IMG/VR virus record: IMGVR_UViG_3300024186_000001 | Coordinates: 1-52,221 of that record | Strand: one strand, 5' to 3' | Length of the DNA stretch: 52,221 nt | DNA from: a virus | Lineage: Duplodnaviria > Caudoviricetes | Part shown: piece by piece, positions 36,539 to 43,963 of the stretch | Numbering within the stretch: the stretch's first letter is position 1 | Layout of the letters: each line of letters starts with the position of its first letter | Translations under genes and position numbers: made by a program | Notes under the pieces: model-generated | The model's input: the letters and a program-made list of their open reading frames with translations, nothing else | The model's database searches: none | Told to the model about the DNA's origin: nothing

Positions 36539-36990
36539 GGCAACTTGACCTCCTTCGTCTCCCGCTCGTCGCCCGCGAAGTCGCTGGTCGCCCGCTCCAG
36601 CGCCGCCCGCTGCGATGCGTCGGGGTCCGCGCTCTGCATCGCGGCCATGCCCTGAAAGCGGCGTTCGTGCGGAGGGTCCAGCGCATCCTTCGCCGCCTCG
36701 CGCGCTGCGTCTCGGTCAACCCATGCCGCGCGCTCGCCGTCTGGCTCAAGCACTCTCAGGCAATGACGCATGTTGTCCGCGACCGCCTTTTTCGCGCGCT
36801 CCTGTGCGGCCTCGATGCTGACGGCCTCGCCCCACGCGAAGTCCAGTCCCGTGCAGTTGACGGACCACCGCCAGATTGCGCTACCCGATTCGAGGCGCAC
36901 GTCGAGCCAGTAGCCCGCGATGGTGGCGAGCGACTTGCACGCATCGCCCTGCCAGTCTTGGGAGAACAAGAGCTTGAGTTCGTCGCTCAT
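36535..36990 (-). CDS. Hypothetical protein
   Basis: GGAGG RBS, start placed at MSDEL. Confidence 0.6.
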   Translation of the reverse strand: MSDELKLLFSQDWQGDACKSLATIAGYWLDVRLESGSAIWRWSVNCTGLDFAWGEAVSIEAAQERAKKAVADNMRHCLRVLEPDGERAAWVDRDAAREAAKDALDPPHERRFQGMAAMQSADPDASQRAALERATSDFAGDERETKEVKLP

Positions 36991-37250
36991 GGCTTCGCCT
37001 CCCGCTGGCGGTCTCGCTCTGCAATGAACGCGTCCGCTGCCGCGAAAGATGGCGCTGCAATCTCGCCAAAACCCTCGCGGCAAACGTCGTCCTTGGTGAC
37101 AGCGCGAACGTAGATTTCCAGTGCCAGCCGCTCACGCTCGGAAATCATCGGCATGGGCACCCACCAATGCGTGACTGGCGGAACTGCTGGCGTCTGGCCT
37201 TCGCCAAGATACGGCGGGAGATTGAATGGTCTGCGGTTGTCGTCGTTCAC
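36987..37250 (-). CDS. Hypothetical protein
   Basis: GGAGG RBS, GTG start; SFAAADAFIAER motif. Confidence 0.55.
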   Translation of the reverse strand: MNDDNRRPFNLPPYLGEGQTPAVPPVTHWWVPMPMISERERLALEIYVRAVTKDDVCREGFGEIAAPSFAAADAFIAERDRQREAKP

Positions 37251-37642
37251 GGCTTCGCCTCCGCCAGCGCGAGCGTCGCGCGTGCTTTGTCCGCTGCGAT
37301 GTTGAATGCGCTCATCGGTGCATGGCCTCCAAGTCGGTGCTGGCCGTCGGGATGCGGGCAAAGCGAGACGAACATTCTGAGCGCCTCCACGAGTGGCTCG
37401 TGCGCGTTCGCCGCCCGCACGAGATACTCGGACACGTCGCGGCGCTCTGGCAATGCGACCGTATAGCCGCCGCCGTCGTTCGCGTGCCGCTCCTGATGCT
37501 TGAACAGTCGCGGGCGCGAACCGTCTGCCGCTTGAAACGTGATGCCGTGGCCGTCGTAGCTGAACGGCGTGTGCCCGCCCGCCGCGCTCGCGGCTGCCGC
37601 CTGCTCGCGCAATCTATCTACCGCGTGTTTGATGCCTCGCAT
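37247..37642 (-). CDS. Hypothetical protein
   Basis: GAGGT RBS, start placed at MRGIK; YLVRAANAHEPLVEAL motif. Confidence 0.6.
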   Translation of the reverse strand: MRGIKHAVDRLREQAAAASAAGGHTPFSYDGHGITFQAADGSRPRLFKHQERHANDGGGYTVALPERRDVSEYLVRAANAHEPLVEALRMFVSLCPHPDGQHRLGGHAPMSAFNIAADKARATLALAEAKP

Positions 37643-37706
37643 AACCGACCTCTTTCTCGCCTCGCGGCGGCTGTCTGTGCTGCTGCTACGCCTGCGACTT
37701 CGCCAT

Positions 37707-37892
37707 TTATCTACAGATTTCTGACCAGTCCTGCTTGGCCTTTGTCGCAACTTCGTCTATGCCGTCTGTGCCAGCTTCCTCAGCAATTAGCGCAAGAATT
37801 GTCAAAGCCCGGTCGTAAATATCCATTTCGCGGAGTGGCACAATCCCGTGTTCTTTGAATTCGCGCTGCTCTTCTTTCGTGCGTCGTGCCAT
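37707..37892 (-). CDS. Hypothetical protein
   Basis: AAGGAG RBS, start placed at MARRT. Confidence 0.55.
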   Translation of the reverse strand: MARRTKEEQREFKEHGIVPLREMDIYDRALTILALIAEEAGTDGIDEVATKAKQDWSEICR

Positions 37893-37998
37893 TGTCGGCT
37901 CCTTTTGATTGTGCTGCGTGCCTCTGTTGCACTCTGCGCTCGCGCGCATTGCACCGCCGCTTGCGATCAACCGCGAGCGTGGACGCAACGGGTGTTAG

Positions 37999-38487
37999 CT
38001 AGTCAAGAATCAGTGGAACGGACTCCGCGATTGTCTCCGCGTCCGCCGCGCTCTTGCGCGCTTCCTCCAGCCGGGTCTTGGCCTGTTCGAGTTCCTTTGT
38101 GCGACGCCACAAGATTCCTTCGCAGTCCACCGCGACGCCGCGCAGATGGTCCGCGACGTATGCCCGCGCCAATGCTGGCGACGAAAAGAACTCGCGTTGC
38201 GGCGTGGTGCGCTCGCCCCAACAGTAGTCGTGCGGCGAGCCGATCTCAACTTTCGGGTCGATGTCGTCGAGCCTCTTGCCCTCGTAGGTCTTGAGGCTCG
38301 CGCGCTGCGTAACCTTACGAATGCGGAGTTGCGCACCGTTCGGCAGACTTGTGCCGTTTGCGCGGGAAACAAACTCCAGAACGTAGAACGTCCGCTCCTT
38401 CGTCGTGCTGATCTTGCGCTCCTTGAGTATCCGCGCGGCCTCCTGCAACTGCGCTTCCGTCAACGTGACTGCCTGTGTCTCTGGCAT
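37999..38487 (-). CDS. Hypothetical protein
   Basis: AGGA RBS; 162 aa. Confidence 0.65.
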   Translation of the reverse strand: MPETQAVTLTEAQLQEAARILKERKISTTKERTFYVLEFVSRANGTSLPNGAQLRIRKVTQRASLKTYEGKRLDDIDPKVEIGSPHDYCWGERTTPQREFFSSPALARAYVADHLRGVAVDCEGILWRRTKELEQAKTRLEEARKSAADAETIAESVPLILD

Positions 38488-38620
38488 GGTTCGACCATCC
38501 TAGAGGATTGAACTTCGTACTTCGCCTGCGTGCTTCTGGCGACTCCCGCCGCCACTCCCGCGCGCCCGCGCCTTGCATGATGATACGTGAGCAGGGCCCC
38601 GACGCGCGGGGGTCGGGGCG

Positions 38621-38932
38621 TTAGCCTTGTATCGCCTCCCACTTTGCCCTGAGTCGTGCCGCCTCCTTGCGATAAACACGAGGGCGCATTCCGTGATCCG
38701 CCAAACCATCCAAGAATTGCGCATAGTTCAAATCGGCCTCGCGCTGGCCGCGCCGCTGTTCTTCGAGCGACCGCTCGCCTCGATAGCCCGTGATCCCGTT
38801 CGCCGCATTGAAAGCGGCTATCTTTTCTTCTAGGCGGGCCTGTGCGGCCTTACGTGCCCGCTTGCTCATGCTGCCAGACGGGCTGGATAAAGCGTGAATC
38901 TCTCCGGCGATGTGGGCGGGATAGCCAGCCAT
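38621..38932 (-). CDS. Hypothetical basic protein
   Basis: AAGGAG RBS, start placed at MAGYP. Confidence 0.6.
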   Translation of the reverse strand: MAGYPAHIAGEIHALSSPSGSMSKRARKAAQARLEEKIAAFNAANGITGYRGERSLEEQRRGQREADLNYAQFLDGLADHGMRPRVYRKEAARLRAKWEAIQG

Positions 38933-38937
38933 TGTCG

Positions 38938-39198
38938 TCACTCCTTCACAGCCGCAACGAACACCTCGCCGAACCATTCGCCCTTCTCAGGCCAGAACCA
39001 GCGAAGCGTGGCGCACCATTGCCTCGTTGACTTCAACGTGCCCTCGGCGGCGATTACCGGCAACTTATCGTGGTTGCGCGCGATCCACTCGTCGCGCGCG
39101 GCCTTTGCCTCTGCCAGCGTCGGGAAAACGGGCATGGGGTGAGGGACGTAATGATAAGTGACATCGTGAGGCTTATCTACTGTTGGCGCTTCCGTCAT
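38938..39198 (-). CDS. Hypothetical protein
   Basis: GAGGTGG RBS, start placed at MTEAP. Confidence 0.6.
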   Translation of the reverse strand: MTEAPTVDKPHDVTYHYVPHPMPVFPTLAEAKAARDEWIARNHDKLPVIAAEGTLKSTRQWCATLRWFWPEKGEWFGEVFVAAVKE

Positions 39199-39602
39199 GG
39201 CTTCCACCTCTGCCGCGCTCGCGGTCTTTCTGGCCCTGCCACTGCTGGAGCTTCGCTTGAATCGCCAATGCCGCGCCCCCGGATAGGCTGGCGCGGGGTT
39301 GGAGGCTCTAGCCCTTGTAAAATCCGGTTTTCTCCCGATGGGTTTCGAGTGCCAGTCTGCCTTCTTCGGTAATGGCGTATGAGTATTCCCATGTTTGCTC
39401 TTTGATCCAGCCGCGTTTTTTCCATCGCGCGTAAAGTGCTGGCGCAACCGGGGCCGCTGAAAGTTACATGATGCTTGAGCGTTTCGGACCACGACTCCTT
39501 GAGGCCATCGGGCGCGCACCAGAAACACTCTAGCTTCCCGGCTGCGTTGCGTCGCGTGTGGTCGTCTATCACCGTTAGAAACTCGTGTTGTTTCTGGTTC
39601 AT
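39195..39602 (-). CDS. Hypothetical protein
   Basis: GGAGG RBS, start placed at MNQKQ. Confidence 0.55.
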   Translation of the reverse strand: MNQKQHEFLTVIDDHTRRNAAGKLECFWCAPDGLKESWSETLKHHVTFSGPGCASTLRAMEKTRLDQRANMGILIRHYRRRQTGTRNPSGENRILQGLEPPTPRQPIRGRGIGDSSEAPAVAGPERPRARQRWKP

Positions 39603-39820
39603 GTGGCCGCGACCTCCAGCCCTGCCTCGCGCATCATGCCCGCGATGTCCACGGCGTTCCTGCATTCAACCGCAATCGCGCCGTTTGTCTCCTGCCAGCT
39701 TTCCCAAAACAGATTCGCGTCGCACCACTCGCGCCCCGTGTCCGTGACCGGCTCGATCAGCGCGAGGGAGCCGAAATCGTCAATCCGCACGTCTGCTTGG
39801 CCTTTCGTTGTCGCATTCAT
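39599..39820 (-). CDS. Small acidic hypothetical protein
   Basis: AAGGA RBS, start placed at MNATT. Confidence 0.6.
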   Translation of the reverse strand: MNATTKGQADVRIDDFGSLALIEPVTDTGREWCDANLFWESWQETNGAIAVECRNAVDIAGMMREAGLEVAAT

Positions 39821-39919
39821 CGCTTCACGTCCTTTGCTGCTGATTTGCGGTCCAACGTCCTGCGCCGCAATCGCACGGCGCACCTTGCGAGCGCGCCGGC
39901 CGGTTCCGGGGCCGGGAGG

Positions 39920-40165
39920 CTAGTCCCAATTCTCCACGTCGTTGCAGGCGTCCTTGGCCGATTCGAGCGCGCTCACCAAGTCGTCAAGCTCGCTCAGGTT
40001 CCCGCTTGCGGCCTCGCCAACTTCCCCCTCTTGCCACTTCTCGCTTTTGCCATCAAAGCGGTCTTGCGCGGCGTCCTTGATCGCCTCAATTTCGTTGAAG
40101 AGGTCTTCGGCCTGAGAAGTGGCCTTCTTGATCGCCTCTTGCTCTTTCGAGGTCCAAAATCCCAT
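39920..40165 (-). CDS. Small, highly acidic helical protein
   Basis: AGGTG RBS, start placed at MGFWT; D/E-rich. Confidence 0.65.
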   Translation of the reverse strand: MGFWTSKEQEAIKKATSQAEDLFNEIEAIKDAAQDRFDGKSEKWQEGEVGEAASGNLSELDDLVSALESAKDACNDVENWD

Positions 40166-40277
40166 GATTGCACCTGTCCCGGCTTTCGCCGCCCGACTTG
40201 TGGTCCTGCCGACTGCGCCACAAACCTTGTCACGCGCGCTACGTTGCCCGTGGCAAGGCTTTCGCCGCATTCGTGAG

Positions 40278-40646
40278 TCAACCGCCAGCGCGAGCCTTGC
40301 GAGAGGCACGGCGAATCTTACCGGCCAATACTGACGCCATCATCGTTGCGCCGTTGCGCTCTGCCGCCGCGAGCTTGTTCGTGAGAGCGTCGAGCGTGGC
40401 GCCCTCTAGCACCGGATCATAGAACCAGCGCCAGCGCCCACCCTCTTTCCAAGTCGCACCGTATGTTTCGCCATCGTCGCCCTTGATGGTCAACTCCCGG
40501 CGAGCGTTTCGCGCCACTTGCAAGGCCTCGAGCATATCCGCCCCGGTCCCGTGAGTCTGCCGAGTCTTGCCGTTCGCCCAACGCTCGCTGGCAACGTAGC
40601 GAGGCACGGGGGATTGTGTAGCTTGCGACCGCCGCGCGTCACTCAT
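40278..40646 (-). CDS. Hypothetical protein
   Basis: ATGA coupling, start placed at MSDAR. Confidence 0.55.
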   Translation of the reverse strand: MSDARRSQATQSPVPRYVASERWANGKTRQTHGTGADMLEALQVARNARRELTIKGDDGETYGATWKEGGRWRWFYDPVLEGATLDALTNKLAAAERNGATMMASVLAGKIRRASRKARAGG

Positions 40647-40855
40647 TGGACACCGCCAGACTGCGAGATTGCTACTTGCCACGCATCGCGTTTGGCGCGC
40701 GCCGCATCTAGATCATCGGCGACGCATGAAAAGAGCCTTCCGTCCCAATCGCGGAAATCGTATTGAACGCGTGTCCCCTTCCGCGAGTTCGGATAAATCT
40801 CGAATCGTTCCTCGCCCGGTTCACACGTTGAGCAACCGCGCACGTCTGATTTCAT
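40643..40855 (-). CDS. Small CxxC protein
   Basis: AAGGA RBS; GCSTCEPGEE..QYDFRD.DG.LFSCVA. Confidence 0.65.
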   Translation of the reverse strand: MKSDVRGCSTCEPGEERFEIYPNSRKGTRVQYDFRDWDGRLFSCVADDLDAARAKRDAWQVAISQSGGVQ

Positions 40856-40954
40856 CGCTCGCACCATCCTTGTAAAGTTGGGCGCCGTCTAACTCGCCCA
40901 GCTCCTCGCGCGAACAAGGCCATGAAGCCAAGGCCGCGCGCAGGGCTGGAAGGG

Positions 40955-41173
40955 CTAGGCGTTGACGTGATACAGCCGCCCGTCCACCGCGCGAAGGCCA
41001 GCCGCCTTGACCGCTTCGGCGCCAGACACACCAGCGTTCAGCACCTCGGCCAGTGCCTGCGCGCCACCCTGAGACTCGACGGGGCATGACGCGTATTCAT
41101 CCGGCCCGGTAACTTCCCAGCCCCAGCCGTAACGAGTCCTGACTTGATACTGCTCCGCGATTGTCTTGCTCAT
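40955..41173 (-). CDS. Hypothetical protein
   Basis: GGAG RBS, start placed at MSKTI. Confidence 0.6.
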   Translation of the reverse strand: MSKTIAEQYQVRTRYGWGWEVTGPDEYASCPVESQGGAQALAEVLNAGVSGAEAVKAAGLRAVDGRLYHVNA

Positions 41174-41272
41174 GGCTTGCACGCTCCGATTGGATTTGGT
41201 CGCCGCACTACCGCCAGCGCCAGCTTGCCGCATCCTCGACGCTCTGAGGGCACGGCAGGCTCGCGCGGGAGG

Positions 41273-41524
41273 CTACAGGCTCGCGTTGAGTCCGCGACCG
41301 CGATTAGACCGGGTTAGCTCTGCCCATGAGTAACCATGCGCGACACACACCCACGGACTGCCGTTGCCAGTAGAAACCGCCAAACTAACGTGCAAAGCAC
41401 CGCTTCGGGTGTCCCGAACAACAATTGCCTTCTGTCCGTTCGCAAAGCGCGTGTTTACCGCCGAGACGACATATGCACCGAAACATTGCGCCAGCTTTAT
41501 TTGGGGCCTCGTCTTTGGGATCAT
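41273..41524 (-). CDS. First gene of the early arm, hypothetical
   Basis: AGGTG RBS, start placed at MIPKT. Confidence 0.55.
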   Translation of the reverse strand: MIPKTRPQIKLAQCFGAYVVSAVNTRFANGQKAIVVRDTRSGALHVSLAVSTGNGSPWVCVAHGYSWAELTRSNRGRGLNASL

Positions 41525-41593
41525 CGTTCGCACCTGTCTTTCGAGAGTCGCTCGCTTCGGTGAGCGTGCAAAAGTGATTGCGTGCCCCGTGCC

Positions 41594-41794
41594 AACCGTG
41601 ATTCCACGGTTCGAGGGAGGCAACTCCCCTGTTTTCAGCACTCTCCGCGAACCGTGATTTCACGGTTGCTGTTTATTCACGTTGCATCCCTGCACCATCG
41701 TTGCGTCGCTGCAACGTCGCGCGTTGCACGCTTGCAACGTTTGCCTGTCGGTTTGTAAGGTTTGCAGAATCGTGCCAACCGTGCAAATACGGTT
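41594..41794. promoter_or_regulatory. Divergent control region with two families of triplicated palindromes
   Basis: AACCGTG-N4-YACGGTT at 41594, 41650 and 41777; GTTGCR-N4-TGCAMC at 41681, 41700 and 41723. Confidence 0.8.
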
Positions 41795-42112
41795 CGTTGC
41801 TTGCCCGTGCCCTGTGTGCCCTCGCCTATCGCCCAGCCTGCGCTTGCGTTGATCGTGGCGTGTCGCTCGTGGCCAGCGTCGCGTTCATCAGTGGCCACAT
41901 CAGCGTCGCGCAGGATTCGTCTCCGTGCCCGCGCACGCTCGCCCGCGCACAGAGTGGCAACCGCGCGCGCGATATGCGAACCGGGTGCAAGGGAGGGGTG
42001 CGAGGTAGCAACCAAAACCCTAGGGCCTCCACTTGATATGATTGACACGGGTCAGGCGGGGGAGGCATTCTCTTTGCGCATTGACCAACCCCCGGTACGC
42101 ACGAGAACAACA

Positions 42113-42655
42113 ATGATTAGGATACGCGAACTCGGCGAAGTTGAAAGAGCGATGCTGGCAACCGAAACAATCAAGCGGCGATTTTGGGACTTGGTAAAGC
42201 GCGAATCGGAAGACGATTGCTGGAACTACGGCGGAGAAATACACAAAGAATACGGACGTTTTGCTCTTAATGGCTCCAAGTGGCCAGCACATCGAGTCGC
42301 TTTTTTCTTGGCTGGAAACGAGCTATTGACCGGATTGCAGTTGGACCATACCTGCCGAAACAAACGATGCGTGAACCCGAGTCATCTTGAGCAGGTTGAG
42401 AGCAGGGAGAACACTCTGCGCGGGATATCCGCATCTGCCATGAATGCTAGGAAAACTCATTGTATTCACGGGCATCCGTTGTCAGGCGCGAACCTGAGAT
42501 TGAGGACGGGACCATCAAGGGGCAAGTATCCTGAACGTGAATGCCGTACATGCGCGCGCGAACGGAACCGTAGAAAGATGGCGCGCAAGAGGCAGAAGCG
42601 AATGGGCTCTGAGAGCCGCGAGCGTTCCGAAGCGCCGTTAGACGTGAAGCGGTAG
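42113..42655 (+). CDS. HNH endonuclease (HNH_3-type) with a C-terminal Zn domain
   Basis: CWNY, AHRVAF, LDHTCRNKRCVNPSHL, KTHCIHGH..CRTC; start uncertain. Confidence 0.88.
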   Translation: MIRIRELGEVERAMLATETIKRRFWDLVKRESEDDCWNYGGEIHKEYGRFALNGSKWPAHRVAFFLAGNELLTGLQLDHTCRNKRCVNPSHLEQVESRENTLRGISASAMNARKTHCIHGHPLSGANLRLRTGPSRGKYPERECRTCARERNRRKMARKRQKRMGSESRERSEAPLDVKR

Positions 42656-42819
42656 AAATACTGACCGTGTCAAGCGTGTAAATCTTGTGGTCGGATGCTG
42701 TCAAGAGATGCTTTCCAACGGGCCGAAATCCTGATGTGCGATAGTCGTGGTAGTAAATAGACGTTCACTCATTCTACGTGTGTCGTTGAAAATAAAGATT
42801 AGAGATTGGAGAGCCTACG

Positions 42820-43239
42820 ATGGCTGATACCGTGATGGAATATGTCTCCTTCAGCGACCACCCTGCTTGCAGACGGAAGTGGGCGAGACGGACGCCTCGT
42901 GTGCGGCAGACGGCCTCTAGGGACTCGAAGAACCGGGTGCGGCGATTCAGGGTGGCAGTTGACCTGAGCGAGAACGAGATCAGGGCGATGGGGGAGTTTG
43001 CGGCGATGGTGAGCGACGCGGAGGGTGTTGTGATTCCTGTGGGGCGGCTGCTGGCGATTGCTGGGCTTGCGTGGATGGGAATAAGACAGGAGTTCCCTGT
43101 GAGCAAGAGCCCTAGGTGGGCGAAGTGGGGACAGAGGTTCATCGCGAGCGGGCCGGTGAACGAGCGAGATAGACTGCTGATGAAAGGGAAGATGGAGGAG
43201 AGACTGAGGGCCGAGGACGTGAGGCTGGAGGACTTGTAG
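42820..43239 (+). CDS. Hypothetical basic protein (G-rich coding strand)
   Basis: GGAGAG RBS; 139 aa. Confidence 0.55.
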   Translation: MADTVMEYVSFSDHPACRRKWARRTPRVRQTASRDSKNRVRRFRVAVDLSENEIRAMGEFAAMVSDAEGVVIPVGRLLAIAGLAWMGIRQEFPVSKSPRWAKWGQRFIASGPVNERDRLLMKGKMEERLRAEDVRLEDL

Positions 43240-43402
43240 CCTCGCGCGCACACACGCGCGGGAGGGATGTACGCGAGAATCGGGTTGACGCCTGCGCGTT
43301 GGGCGGGGAGGGTGGCGGCGTTCGGCGAATGGCGGCAGGAGTCCGGCCATTGCTTTTCTGCTGGGTATCCCCCAGGCCGTTCCAAGATAGTTCGGACTCC
43401 GT

Positions 43403-43478
43403 GCGGTGGTAGCTCAACTGGTAGAGCCTCGGTCTTCCAAGCCGACTGTTGTGGGTTCGATTCCCACTCGCCGCTCCA
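43403..43478 (+). tRNA. tRNA-Gly (anticodon UCC) with encoded CCA
   Basis: Acceptor GCGGTGG/TCGCCGC, D arm GCTC/GAGC, anticodon stem TCGGT/GCCGA with CT-TCC-AA loop, T arm GTGGG-TTCGATT-CCCAC, U73, CCA. Confidence 0.95.
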
Positions 43479-43486
43479 AGTTTCCT

Positions 43487-43525
43487 CCGGCCCCTAGCCT
43501 TCACTGGCGGGGGCCGGTTTCTTTT
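43487..43525 (+). terminator. Rho-independent terminator after the tRNA
   Basis: CCGGCCCC..GGGGCCGG stem followed by TTTCTTTT. Confidence 0.85.
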
Positions 43526-43671
43526 GCTCGCGCCCTCTCCGGGTGCCCGCAACATTTCAAGCGTTTGTAATCCTTTGAAATGTTTTGAAGTCGTTTAAAG
43601 GTTTGGGCGCGAACCGGTGTCGCGGCGTCACCGGTTGAGTCGTTTCCGCCCGAGTCACCGCCTGCGGGCGA

Positions 43672-43733
43672 AATAGTTGAAAGTTACATCTTGACGCCGC
43701 AGCAATAATACTCCTATGTTCCGCGCATAGGAG
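43672..43733 (+). promoter_or_regulatory. Promoter of the replication operon, with an inverted repeat over the RBS
   Basis: TTGACG 43691-43696, TATGTT 43715-43720; CTCCTATG-N7-CATAGGAG 43711-43733. Confidence 0.6.
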
Positions 43734-43744
43734 ATAAACAGCCG

Positions 43745-43963
43745 ATGGATACGAATGAAAACGCAGTTCCTCTGACGGACAAGGGGCAGGCTGGCGCACC
43801 GCTAAAGCCGCTCACGTTCCTCACGACTCCCGAGAAGTTCCGGGCCGTGAGGATCGCCGCCGCCGTCGATGAGAAGTCGATGAGCGAGTTCGTGCGCGAG
43901 GCGGTTGACGAGAAGCTGGCTGTTCGTGAGGACTCGCCAGCATACAGCAACGCCAAGCCGTGA
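43745..43963 (+). CDS. Ribbon-helix-helix (CopG-like) regulator
   Basis: LTFLTTPEKFRAVRIAAAVDEKSMSEFVREAV. Confidence 0.75.
   Translation: MDTNENAVPLTDKGQAGAPLKPLTFLTTPEKFRAVRIAAAVDEKSMSEFVREAVDEKLAVREDSPAYSNAKP

Noticed and set aside
40251-40265. Additional sigma54-like GG-N10-GC matches (here on the + strand, and near 14496)
   Set aside because: The consensus matches are weak and expected by chance in GC-rich DNA; the 40251 copy is antisense to the operon
41588-41796. Mini-CRISPR array
   Set aside because: The repeats are only 18-26 bp with variable centres and irregular spacing; no cas operon is present, and the Cas4-like nuclease sits in a Sak4/SSB recombination module
43403-43478. tRNA as an attP integration site
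   Set aside because: No integrase was recognised, and the tRNA is complete with its own promoter-like box and terminator
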